Shown in pieces: positions 29,660-39,066 of a stretch of DNA of 64,000 nucleotides. Position numbers and translations under genes: made by a program. Within the stretch, counting starts at the first letter, position 1; each line of letters opens with the position of its first letter. The stretch spans positions 544,001 to 608,000 of the forward strand of contig OY968764.1 of the NCBI GenBank assembly GCA_963695335.1, read 5' to 3'. The notes under the pieces were generated by a model. That model was not told the origin of the DNA. It made no database searches and saw only the letters and a list, made by a program, of their open reading frames with translations. Origin of the DNA: an uncultured bacterium. GTDB lineage: Bacteria; Babelota; Babeliae; Babelales; Vermiphilaceae.

Positions 29660-29868
29660 ACCTCAGAAAAACTTTCACTCCGTTACGGTTGATTACGTGG
29701 ATGGTTCTTGCCAACCCTCCACACCTCGGGCACAAACGTTCCTTTTGATCCCTTATTGGGTTAAAAACCCTGCCGCCGATACCAAACTTCGCGTTGCTCA
29801 GCTGTGTTATCGGGGAGCCCATGTCGCTCAGAAGCGCCAGGACTCCGGTTTAACCCAACATGTACTCA
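29600..29868 (-). ncRNA. Structured ncRNA candidate, raiA-motif-like (possibly permuted)
   Basis: GC-rich intergenic block; TATAAT at 29878-29873; perfect 10-bp stem 29849-29858/29756-29765; further nested stems; ends in hairpin plus U-tract. Confidence 0.65.
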
Positions 29869-30425
29869 TTTAATTATACGTTCGTTAATAACCTGTGCAT
29901 TAGCCAAGCTATATTATTGATGACATTATGTGGCACAGTTGATGGAGCACTTTGTTGGTCTTTGTGTATAAAATACAAGAGATATATAGTGATTGGTTTG
30001 TAATATTCCATCAAGAACTTTCTATACAATTCACCATCAGAGCATTTTTTAAAGTAAAAATTAACACATTCATAGCTTTGGGGATTTTTTTTAAGATAGT
30101 TAAAAACGGTTGTTATTGCGATGAGTACAGCATTGCTTCGTGGAAAGCCAACATCTGCACTCAGTGTGGGAAAGTCTATATTTTTTGTACAATCTAAGGT
30201 TGCTCCTAAGGTGAGGCATTGTTTATAACAAAAAATTAAATCTTTTGAAGCTTCTTCAATTGCCTGATCGCTCGTAAATTCTCCATTTTGGTAATAGCCT
30301 TTTTTGTGTTTGCATGCTCTGCGTACTTTGTATATGGGATGGTTTTGCGGTCCTATGATGCGTGGTTCTTCAACACGCATAAAAATACTTTTTTCCTTGT
30401 CAGTAGTATATCGTGTGGTGTTTAT

Positions 30426-30990
30426 TTAATTGAGCAGAAAACCCTGGCTTTTCAAAGCCAGGGATGAATGCGAGTCAAAATGGAGGCGATGGAGCAATGC
30501 AGTTATAGTAATTGCGAAGAGCCGGCTCTTTAGGCATACTAAAAAACATGGGTAAATATTGGTGTGGATCTCAAACAAAGCACAGACTTATGTATCATTT
30601 AGTATGGATTCCAAAATATAGAAAGAGAGTATTAAAAGGAGAGATAGCAGAAAGAATAAAAGATCTATTGTATGAATGCGCAGATTTGCAAAGATGGAAA
30701 ATAGAAGAGCTAAACATTCAATTAGATCATGTTCATATGTTAGTTCAAATGAATCCAGATGTAAGCGTGAGCAGGATGGTACAATTGTTTAAAGGAATGA
30801 CCAGTAAAGTTGTGCGCGAAGAATTTCCAGAATTAAAAGAGTTTTTGTGGGGTAAAAGTTTTTGGTCAGATGGGTATTTTGCAGAAACAAGTGGTCAGGT
30901 AAACGAAGATCGCATACGAGAATACATCCGAAATCAGTAGAATATATCCTAAAAAGCGAAGCGGGGGCTTTTAAGCCCCCTGTTTTTCAC
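30426..30990 (+). mobile_element. IS200-type insertion sequence (tnpA only), 565 bp
   Basis: Left hairpin ccctggctt-ttca-aagccaggg, right hairpin gggggctt-tt-aagccccc, preceded by TTTAT, ends TCAC, no TSD; boundary can slide by 2 nt. Confidence 0.93.
30548..30940 (+). CDS. tnpA: IS200/IS605 Y1 HUH transposase
   Basis: YHLVWIPKYRK, DHVHML, FWSDGYF, EYIRNQ. Confidence 0.97.
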   Translation: MGKYWCGSQTKHRLMYHLVWIPKYRKRVLKGEIAERIKDLLYECADLQRWKIEELNIQLDHVHMLVQMNPDVSVSRMVQLFKGMTSKVVREEFPELKEFLWGKSFWSDGYFAETSGQVNEDRIREYIRNQ

Positions 30991-31334
30991 TTGATGGCAA
31001 GGTGGATACGTGTCTTCACCTGGATATGAATGATATGTATCATCATCTGAAGCACTGTCGTGAGTTATATTTTTTTTCCAAACAGCTTTGCCGTAATATG
31101 GTTGGCAACATATGTCACCTATGTTTTGAGGAGTGTCATATCCTGATAACATTCTTTGTTGATGGCTACCAATCACTATGATACTTTGTTTTTTTACAAA
31201 GTATGGAAATCCTTTGATGAGATTAATTTCTGTCTCATTGTATGTAAAACTTAAACAATTTGTCGCTTCGTATTCTTTTTCCATTCCATGAAGCACCGCA
31301 GCAAAAAGAGATGTGAAAAGTAAAAGTTGCTTTG

Positions 31335-32348
31335 TCATGAATGTTCCTGTTCTCTAATCTCACAAATTCCACTCATCAACCGAGCTATATAATCGATCAG
31401 TTCCTTTGGTAAACTTGAAATATTCTGCCCAGCATCTTTATGTATCCAATATAAAAGATATATAACACTAATGGGTTTGTAATATTTCATTAACAATTTT
31501 TTATACAACCCAAACTCAGACCGTTTTTTAACAAAAAGATTAATACTTTCATATTGATTTGGATTGTCTTGAAGAAAATTAAAAACAGCTTGTATTGCAA
31601 TGGGTGCAGCTTTATCCCTAGGAAAACCAACATCAGCACCAAGTGTAGGAAATGCTATATTTTTATTCTTTTTTTCATTGAATTGAAAATATTTTAAACC
31701 TTGAGTTAAGGCGTTGGTATAGCATAAGGGTAAATCTTTTGAAGCTTCTGTGATTGCTTGATCGCCTTTGAAGCATAAATTATAATACATATCTTCTCTG
31801 TTGGGTACAGGTCTGTGAACGTTATATACAAAAGTATTCAAGCATTCAGCTGGTATAGTAAAATTGACCATTTCCTCTGGCTTATCAGGAACGACGATCG
31901 CATATCTCTGAGCGCGAGTGGAGTTACTAATACATGGTTCTTCAATGGTTATGATAAATGGTTTGTATTTTTGCGAATTTTTCCACGTTTGTTTATCAAT
32001 TTTACAATATGACTTATAAGTATCATCATCAGAAGCGCTGTCATCATCTTTTTTTCTTTTATGGATGCTTTTGTGACAACCATATGACCAGTAAGTATGT
32101 CCTATTGTAGAAAGATTATCATAGTCGTCTTGTAGTGTGCTTTGTTGACGATTGCCAACAATCGTAAGTTTGATATTATCTGTCGCGTCTTCCCAAGAAT
32201 CTTTAATGAGATTAATTTTTGTTCCGTTATACAGTAAGCTTAACGATGTTTTTGTCATTCCAAGTAAAGAAATCATCTCTGCTTCTTTTTCCATTCCATG
32301 AAGCACCGCAGCAAAAAGAGATGTGAAAATTAAAAGTTTTTTTGTCAT
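31335..32348 (-). CDS. Secreted macrodomain-like protein with C-terminal F-box-like motif
   Basis: CYTNAL...NIAFPTLGADVGFPRDKAAPIAIQAV; SSLPKELIDYIARL. Confidence 0.75.
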   Translation of the reverse strand: MTKKLLIFTSLFAAVLHGMEKEAEMISLLGMTKTSLSLLYNGTKINLIKDSWEDATDNIKLTIVGNRQQSTLQDDYDNLSTIGHTYWSYGCHKSIHKRKKDDDSASDDDTYKSYCKIDKQTWKNSQKYKPFIITIEEPCISNSTRAQRYAIVVPDKPEEMVNFTIPAECLNTFVYNVHRPVPNREDMYYNLCFKGDQAITEASKDLPLCYTNALTQGLKYFQFNEKKNKNIAFPTLGADVGFPRDKAAPIAIQAVFNFLQDNPNQYESINLFVKKRSEFGLYKKLLMKYYKPISVIYLLYWIHKDAGQNISSLPKELIDYIARLMSGICEIREQEHS

Positions 32349-32367
32349 GAACGTTCCTTGATTGTTA

Positions 32368-33243
32368 TTAATATTCATAAAGATGCATCAATTGTAATAT
32401 ATAACCAATTACATCGCGAGGTATATCGCGTAAAACACAATTCTCATCTTTATGTGCACAATATAAAAGACATGGCTTTTGCCAATAGTGCGTCAAAAAT
32501 GTCGTATATGCTACAAATTCAGATCTCTTTTTGACCCATAATTTTATGCGGTGATATGCGCCTGGATGGTGCATAAGAAAATTGGTTATTGCGGTTAGAG
32601 CAATTGGCGCGGCTTTATCGCGAGGAAAACCAACGTCTGCACCAAGTGTTGGGAGAGCTATAGATTTACTTTCAACACAAACACCTTGCTCTAAAACCTT
32701 TTCATAGCATAATGTTAAATCTTTTGAAGCTTGCGTGATTGCTTCATTTTCATCAAAAGTTCGTGGTTCCCATAGATTTTGATGTGTATCAAATCTTGGT
32801 ACTTGATATCTGGGTATTGGGACTAATGTATTGAAAGGGTCATGATAATAACCTTTTAATGTGATATGTGGTTCTGTAATTACCATGACTATTGCTGACT
32901 GGCTTATGACATTTTTTTGTGCTTCTTTTATTCTGTTTTCATGTCCAAAAAACTCCCATGTATCGTCGTGATAATAGCTTTTATTATCTTTATTTTTCCA
33001 GTAAATATGATCTTGATATAATATTGTTCCTGGTTTGTCATTCATTGTGTCAGAATTCTTGAGTAAACATTGATCATGGCATCCAGCTACAAACAGATCG
33101 ATATTAACAAGGTTACTTAAAAATTTTGTACTGACATTAATGGTGGTTCCATACAACACGATGCTGAATTTATCAGGTTTTTCCATCGCACGAGCAGTAC
33201 AAAAAACTAAAAAATATATGCATAATACGAGGATTTTTTTCAT
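32368..33243 (-). CDS. Secreted macrodomain-like protein with C-terminal F-box-like motif
   Basis: CYEKVL...SIALPTLGADVGFPRDKAAPIAL; RDIPRDVIGYILQL. Confidence 0.75.
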   Translation of the reverse strand: MKKILVLCIYFLVFCTARAMEKPDKFSIVLYGTTINVSTKFLSNLVNIDLFVAGCHDQCLLKNSDTMNDKPGTILYQDHIYWKNKDNKSYYHDDTWEFFGHENRIKEAQKNVISQSAIVMVITEPHITLKGYYHDPFNTLVPIPRYQVPRFDTHQNLWEPRTFDENEAITQASKDLTLCYEKVLEQGVCVESKSIALPTLGADVGFPRDKAAPIALTAITNFLMHHPGAYHRIKLWVKKRSEFVAYTTFLTHYWQKPCLLYCAHKDENCVLRDIPRDVIGYILQLMHLYEY

Positions 33244-33375
33244 CGAGATTCCTTGTTTTGGAATACGCAAAGATAGTATGCATCATAGTAAAAAAAATAT
33301 GCAAAAGCTTGCATAATTTTAATCACGATGCTATTAATCGAAGGGTTAGTATAATATTGTCCAAAACAAGAGAGG

Positions 33376-34002
33376 ATGAGTATGAAACGGTACGCAATGG
33401 AATTTGTCGGTACGTTTTTTTTGACGGTTGCAATTAGTTTAATTGTTAATCCAATTGCAATTGGCCTTATGTTGATGGCGATGATTTATATTGGTGGGCA
33501 CATTTCTGGTGCACATTTTAATCCAGCAATTACGTTTGCATGTTTTGTTCAAAATAGATTTAAACTTGAAGAAGCAGCTAAATATATTGTAGCGCAAACT
33601 CTTGGAGCTCTTTTGGCTCTTTGTTTCTTTATGATGATTACAAACAATAGTTTTACCTTGGATATGGTTCCGGGAAGTCCATTACTTGCTCCAATGGCAA
33701 TTGAAGCATTGTTAACATTAGTGTTGTGTTGGGTGTACTTGGTAATGAATTATGAAAACCGTTATAAAAATTCAATGATACCGGGTTTTGTTATTGGATT
33801 AACATTGATGGCAATTGTTTCTGCTGGCAGTCTCTTCAATCCAGGTGTTGCGATGGGATCGATGCTTTGCAGTCTTATTAAAGATGGCATGTGCGGTGGA
33901 ATGGGAACTGTTTTAGTATATGTTGTTGCACCATTGATCGGTGGTTGTGCAGCATCGTATATGTTCAATTATTTCCGTTCGGATTTTACGCAGCAGTATT
34001 AA
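33376..34002 (+). CDS. Aquaporin/MIP family channel
   Basis: EFVGTF, ISGAHFNPAIT, second motif NPG. Confidence 0.93.
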   Translation: MSMKRYAMEFVGTFFLTVAISLIVNPIAIGLMLMAMIYIGGHISGAHFNPAITFACFVQNRFKLEEAAKYIVAQTLGALLALCFFMMITNNSFTLDMVPGSPLLAPMAIEALLTLVLCWVYLVMNYENRYKNSMIPGFVIGLTLMAIVSAGSLFNPGVAMGSMLCSLIKDGMCGGMGTVLVYVVAPLIGGCAASYMFNYFRSDFTQQY

Positions 34003-34072
34003 TTTTTAGATATTAAAATAAAAAAGAGGTGTGGAATGTTCCGCACCTCTTTTTGTTGCATATATATATGCG

Positions 34073-35080
34073 TTAAGAAGTTGTTATGTGTTGTGATAGA
34101 CAATCAATAATGTCTTGATGTTTATATTCTTTGGCAAGCGCAAGAGCATCTTTGCCATCATTGTTTTTGATTAACAAGTTTGCGCCATGTTCAGCAAGAC
34201 ATGTTAGGCATACTAGATTCCCTGCTTGTGCTGCGAGCATAAGTGGTGTATTGCCGTCATCATCTGGTAAATCAATTTTGATACCCATTACTGCTTGCAG
34301 TAAATGAAAGGGGTTGCCTTTTTTGATGAAAGGAAAAAATGGAGAACGATATATTTTATTAGTAGCCGCAGCAATAAGCGTATTTTGAGCGTGTTGCAGA
34401 AGCTTTTTTATTGCAACAGAATTTTGTATGATTTTTATAATTTCATCAAAAAGTAAATCTTTGCTTTTTTGATCACGATATTCTGGTTGAAGTTCCCAAA
34501 AAGAGATATATTCACCAAAAGACGGTGTATCCCAATAGTTATGCTCAATAATGCCGAGTCCTGTTCCTATTTTTGATTTTAATCTGCCATCTCCAATAAC
34601 TTTGGCAAAGTGTTCGATGGAATTATTATTGTTTTTATCGTGATAAACAGCCAAATCTCCTGCTTGAGGAAACTGTTTTTGATCAAAAAATGTATGTGGC
34701 ATACCAATATAAAGAGCCCAATCTTGTGATCCAAGAATAGATTGTTCTATTTGTTCAAATTGCGTTTTTGATAATCCCAAGCATTCGCGCATGGCATAAT
34801 TAAAACAAACACCAATGCGTGGTATTTTTGGTATGACTTCTAACGTATTATTGGGAAATAGAGCGTGCATTTTTTGATAATCGATAGATCCGTTATCAAG
34901 ATTCATGCAATTCTTATCGCATTCATCTCTGTTTTTAAAGAGAGTCTGGTCATTTGGGAGAACAAGAGGCTTGAATTTTAAATTATGATTACGTTTTTCT
35001 AGCTCCATGCAATACATGAATAGCGGTAAAATAAGTAGAAAAAGGAATAACGGAAGTTTGGTTGGGTAATGTTTAAACAT
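34073..35080 (-). CDS. Secreted protein: putative papain-like domain plus C-terminal ankyrin repeats
   Basis: CFNYA..GDLAVY..IEHF..SKIG..EH; GNTPLMLAA, GANLLIKNNDGKDAL. Confidence 0.75.
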   Translation of the reverse strand: MFKHYPTKLPLFLFLLILPLFMYCMELEKRNHNLKFKPLVLPNDQTLFKNRDECDKNCMNLDNGSIDYQKMHALFPNNTLEVIPKIPRIGVCFNYAMRECLGLSKTQFEQIEQSILGSQDWALYIGMPHTFFDQKQFPQAGDLAVYHDKNNNNSIEHFAKVIGDGRLKSKIGTGLGIIEHNYWDTPSFGEYISFWELQPEYRDQKSKDLLFDEIIKIIQNSVAIKKLLQHAQNTLIAAATNKIYRSPFFPFIKKGNPFHLLQAVMGIKIDLPDDDGNTPLMLAAQAGNLVCLTCLAEHGANLLIKNNDGKDALALAKEYKHQDIIDCLSQHITTS

Positions 35081-35166
35081 GACTTTTTTGTTGTTTAAAA
35101 ATGTTTTCGCCATTAGCGATGATTATAACAACAAATTATTATATTAAAAGAAGTGGAGAAATCGAT

Positions 35167-35838
35167 TTATAAATAATGGTTAATTTTTTGTTTTTTATAT
35201 GATTTTTGGCCATTATTAAATGCTTCAGCATCATCACGAATGGTTTTTCTTAAACGCTCTTTATCATTTTGATATTTGTTTTTTAGGGTCCAATAACTGA
35301 TTGCGTTGCCGTAAGAAAGCGGAACTGCAAATGGTTGATGCTGTGTAATTTTTTTTAATCTGCCAAATTGTGATTCAAAAATAGTATTATCTATATCAAC
35401 AATACGAGTAAAATGGTTGATGATATAACTATCTTCATTGTCTGTGTAGAGTGCAAGATCATTATTTTTTGGTTTAACTGTTTGTTTAAAATATTTTTCT
35501 ACATTGATGGTTGATTTTTGACGGCCATTCTTTTTTTTATACAGCTTTAAAGGTGTGGTATTGCCGGTTATTTGAGCGATTGCATAGTTAAAACATCTTC
35601 CTTGTTGTTCTTCTTCTGTTGCATCTCTTACAATAGTGACATCTTTGATGGGATTAAGTTCTCCTCTTTCAGCAAATTTGATCCATTTGCTGATATAATC
35701 CCTGTGATGTGCTGCAAGACTATCAGGCTGCTGTGTGATTGGTTTGTGTTTAAATTCGCTGAGCATGCAACTGTTTGCAGTGAAACTTGTGATAAAAAAG
35801 ACAGCAATAAAAAGCTTGATTTGATTTGATATATACAT
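35167..35838 (-). CDS. Secreted protein, putative papain-like domain only
   Basis: CFNYA..NDLALY..INHF..ESQFG..QH.P...YG...YW. Confidence 0.7.
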   Translation of the reverse strand: MYISNQIKLFIAVFFITSFTANSCMLSEFKHKPITQQPDSLAAHHRDYISKWIKFAERGELNPIKDVTIVRDATEEEQQGRCFNYAIAQITGNTTPLKLYKKKNGRQKSTINVEKYFKQTVKPKNNDLALYTDNEDSYIINHFTRIVDIDNTIFESQFGRLKKITQHQPFAVPLSYGNAISYWTLKNKYQNDKERLRKTIRDDAEAFNNGQKSYKKQKINHYL

Positions 35839-35894
35839 ATTTAATTCCCCCCTTATTTATCATATTATCAAATAGAAAATTTATGTCAATGTCA

Positions 35895-35935
35895 CCCCTT
35901 GGGTCCCCATTGCAGTGAAACGAAAAATGGGGTTA
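35895..35935. repeat. Partial family-C hairpin
   Basis: gggtccccattgcagtgaaacgaaaaatggggttaa. Confidence 0.65.
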
Positions 35936-36018
35936 AAGATGGGGTAGATTGAAAGATCTGCTATTTGAGCTATTCTAGATATATATTGAGGTATTTTTTT
36001 ATTAAAAAAGAGCTGAAA

Positions 36019-38409
36019 ATGAAAATATCATTAAATTGGATTTTTGATCATATCAAAGGCGAACTTGCACGCGTGGATGTTAAGCAACTGGTTGATGCAT
36101 TTATACGCACCACAGCAGAGATTGAAGGATGGCGCAAAGTTGCAATCAATACAGATAATCTGACACTTGTAGACGTTGTAGCAGTTGAGGGTGCTAATGT
36201 TACCGCGCATTCAGCGGAGCGTAACAAGAATTATACATTGCCAGCACGAGCAGATGCCGTTATTGGGGCATGTTTTATGATCGAAGACATTAATAATGCA
36301 CAAAAGTGGGCAACAACAATAATGCTTGGTGGCACCAAAGAGATGCTCATCCCAGCGCTTGATGTGCAAACCAATTTACGTGCAGGCGGTTGGAAGTCAG
36401 CAATTGAATTGAGCGATTATATTGTAGAAATTGATAATAAATCAATCAACAGTCGTCCTGATTTGTGGGGGCACCGTGGCCTTGCGCGTGAAATTGCTGC
36501 CATTTTAAATTTAGAATTAAAATCAGCTGATGAATTGATGGCCAAAAAAGATGTTATGGCACATGAACTTTCAGCACAAGCTACGTCTTATAACCCATTT
36601 GATATCACCATTGAAAATTCAAAGTTATGCAGCCGCTTTGCGGCATTATATGTGTCATCTGTTGTTCCACGAGCATCACAACTCAATACCGTTGTCCGTT
36701 TAAGCCGTGTTGATAGCAGATCAATTGATACGCTTGTTGATGCAACTAATTATGTGATGCTCGATCTTGGTCAACCAATGCATGCGTTTGATGCTGATAC
36801 ATTCCAATCAAAAAAAATAACTATTGCTGCAGCGCAACCTAAAGAGAAATTATTGTTACTCGATGGTGAAACCATCGAACTCACCCCAGAAGACGTGGTG
36901 ATCACCGATGGCGGTAAAGCAGTATCACTTGCGGGTGTTATGGGCGGTGCCAAAAGTGGTGTTTCTGCACATACAAAATCGTTATTAATAGAATCAGCAA
37001 CTTTTGATGCAGCAACAATCAGACGCACATCAGCGCGTCATAAAAAAAGAACTGAAGCCTCTATGCGTTTTGAAAAAAGTCTTGATCCTCATCAAAACAT
37101 TGATGCATTACGACGTTTTTTATTTTTACTTGATAAAGCGCATGTTACGTACCAAGCGGGTGATCGTATTGTATCATTAGGTACATGCCCAGATCAGACA
37201 TTTATTACCGTTGAACATACTTTTATAGAAGCACGTCTTGGTATTATTATTAAACCAGAGCGTGTGATTGCTATTTTGGAGCATATTGCATTTGAGGTAG
37301 AGCAATCAGTTGAACATGATACTGTTGTGTACACCGTTGCAGTTCCATCATTCAGAGCAACCAAAGATGTTAAAATTCCTGAAGATATTGTAGAAGAGAT
37401 TGGCCGTTACGTTGGGTATGATTCATTACCACGCGTCATGCCATCATTACAATTGCGACCATCTGATTTACACACAACATATACAACGCGTGCAATAAAA
37501 AAATTCTTGAGCTACGGCCTCATGATGCATGAACTGTATGGATATTCTTTTTTTGATGAATCATGGTTGCGAGAACTGAAGTGGCAACCGACAGATTTTA
37601 TTTCTGTGCAAAATCCTATTTCTGAAAATCATACTCGTTTGATTACAACGTTGCAGCCGCATATGTTAAAAGCAGTTGCGGATAACAGTATTCATCATAC
37701 AGCCTTACGCTTTTATGAATGGGGACGTGTATGGCATAAGCAGGGTGATGATATTATTGAACAAAAGTCGTTGAGTGGAATATTTTACGACCAATCTGGA
37801 TGTGATTTTTACACCAGCAAAGCAATGTTAAATCGTTTATTTGATCTGCTGCACATGAATGTGACATGGTCACCATCCTTCGACCCAGCCTTCGCCGAGG
37901 CTTCGGCGGGTAGGCGGGCGTTTACTACTGAGCAAAGTCGAAGTATCAGGACGAGCGGGGTGGGTGGCGCTGAATATTCATGGCTTTCATCCAATCAAAC
38001 AGCAGCATTGATGCATGAAGACAAATGCATTGGTGTTGCAGGAATGGTAGAAAATATGTCAGCATTTATGTTTGAAATTAACGCTGATCATCTTATTAAT
38101 TATAGACGTCCGCAGCCACGGTTTGTACCATTATCTAAGTATCCATCCGTGCGCCGTGATGTGAGTATGTTGATTCCTGCTGCAATCAGTGTTGATGCAT
38201 TGACGCAGATGATTAAAGAGGTTGATACGCGCATTCAAGATGTGGCACTTCTTGATTTCTTCACTAAGCCTGAATGGAAAGATCAGAAGGCGATGACATT
38301 CCATGTTGAGATGGGTGATCGGGAAAAAACACTTGTTGCGGATGAAGTGGAACAGATTTGGAGTAAGGTTGTTGCTCAGCTGCAAGAGCAAGGGGCGGTT
38401 ATTAGATAA
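36019..38409 (+). CDS. pheT: Phenylalanine-tRNA ligase beta subunit, with in-frame repeat insert
   Basis: MKISLNW, RPDLWGHRGLARE, TNYVMLDLGQPMHAFD, LAGVMGG, RFEK, EDIVEEIGR..GY, SKYPSVRRD. Confidence 0.97.
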   Translation: MKISLNWIFDHIKGELARVDVKQLVDAFIRTTAEIEGWRKVAINTDNLTLVDVVAVEGANVTAHSAERNKNYTLPARADAVIGACFMIEDINNAQKWATTIMLGGTKEMLIPALDVQTNLRAGGWKSAIELSDYIVEIDNKSINSRPDLWGHRGLAREIAAILNLELKSADELMAKKDVMAHELSAQATSYNPFDITIENSKLCSRFAALYVSSVVPRASQLNTVVRLSRVDSRSIDTLVDATNYVMLDLGQPMHAFDADTFQSKKITIAAAQPKEKLLLLDGETIELTPEDVVITDGGKAVSLAGVMGGAKSGVSAHTKSLLIESATFDAATIRRTSARHKKRTEASMRFEKSLDPHQNIDALRRFLFLLDKAHVTYQAGDRIVSLGTCPDQTFITVEHTFIEARLGIIIKPERVIAILEHIAFEVEQSVEHDTVVYTVAVPSFRATKDVKIPEDIVEEIGRYVGYDSLPRVMPSLQLRPSDLHTTYTTRAIKKFLSYGLMMHELYGYSFFDESWLRELKWQPTDFISVQNPISENHTRLITTLQPHMLKAVADNSIHHTALRFYEWGRVWHKQGDDIIEQKSLSGIFYDQSGCDFYTSKAMLNRLFDLLHMNVTWSPSFDPAFAEASAGRRAFTTEQSRSIRTSGVGGAEYSWLSSNQTAALMHEDKCIGVAGMVENMSAFMFEINADHLINYRRPQPRFVPLSKYPSVRRDVSMLIPAAISVDALTQMIKEVDTRIQDVALLDFFTKPEWKDQKAMTFHVEMGDREKTLVADEVEQIWSKVVAQLQEQGAVIR
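37875..37959. repeat. Composite family-A/B element inside pheT
   Basis: atccttcga[cccagccttcgccgaggcttcggcgggtaggcggg..ctgagcaaagtcgaagta]tcaggacgagcggg. Confidence 0.92.
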
Positions 38410-38410
38410 A

Positions 38411-38860
38411 ATGAACAAAAAATTGTATTGTTTTTCAGCGTTCGCCATTTTTATTCTCGACCGCGCAACAAAATTATTAGCACTCAGATGGTGCATGGAA
38501 TTTCCATGCACCATTAATCAATTTCTCTCCTTTGAAGTTGTTTTTAATCGCGGAATTTCATGGGGCATGTTTCATTCGCAAAGTGACGCCCTTTTTTTTG
38601 TTGTGTCAGCAATCATTGCAATCATAACTGCACTGCTGTGTGGATACGCATATCAGCAATATAAGCAAGGCAAGTCAATCGTAGCAGAAGTTTGTATTAT
38701 TACAGGTTCGTGCTGCAATTTGATTGATCGTGTTATATACGGCGGCGTGGTTGATTTTATTATACTTTCATATGAACAACTTTCATGGCCTGTTTTTAAT
38801 ATTGCAGATGCAGTTATTGTGTTTGGTGTTGGGTTGTTTTTACTCCGCTATGAGAAGTAA
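38411..38860 (+). CDS. lspA: Lipoprotein signal peptidase II
   Basis: LDRATK, NRGISWG, NLIDR, VVDFI, WPVFNIAD. Confidence 0.95.
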   Translation: MNKKLYCFSAFAIFILDRATKLLALRWCMEFPCTINQFLSFEVVFNRGISWGMFHSQSDALFFVVSAIIAIITALLCGYAYQQYKQGKSIVAEVCIITGSCCNLIDRVIYGGVVDFIILSYEQLSWPVFNIADAVIVFGVGLFLLRYEK

Positions 38861-38877
38861 AAAGTTTTATTCAAAAA

Positions 38878-39066
38878 CGTTCGTATATTTCGACCCAGCC
38901 TTCGCCAAGGCTTCGGCGGGCAGGCGGGCGTTTACTACTGAGCAAAGTCGAAGTATCAATACGAATGGAAGAAAAAATTATTAATCAGTTTAATCCCCAT
39001 TTTCAGTTCTTTCCGATGGGGACCCCGATTGGAACGAAGTGGAAATTGGGGCAAAAGGATACGAAC
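38878..39066. repeat. Composite A/B element followed by family-C double hairpin
   Basis: 38889-38958 matches pheT 37879-37948 at 68/70 nt; C module at 38995-39051. Confidence 0.92.

Larger units (their letters stand above)
29874..31338 (-). pseudogene. Macrodomain-like/F-box-like secreted protein interrupted by IS200
   Basis: 5' part 30991-31338 and 3' part 29874-30425 join in frame (PPCHQ|INTTRY) to give 299 aa, paralogous to the two upstream genes. Confidence 0.9.

Noticed and set aside
29523..29822. ORFs 29523-29822 and 29551-29748
   Set aside because: Read through a repeat and the structured RNA; no protein motifs
29833..29844. glmS ribozyme 5' motif (agcgccaggact, plus strand)
   Set aside because: No downstream GACGAGG core and no glmS gene; promoter and terminator indicate the minus strand
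29600..29868. T-box, RNase P, tmRNA, SRP or group II intron
   Set aside because: Lacks UGGNACC, GAGGAAAGUCC, tRNA-like ends, the SRP core and a domain V
30941..30990. tnpB/omegaRNA or IStron associated with the IS
   Set aside because: Element ends 50 bp after tnpA; no tnpB or group I intron core
38724..38984. 86-aa ORF sharing a peptide with PheT
   Set aside because: Shared peptide is just the repeat; ORF overlaps lspA out of frame
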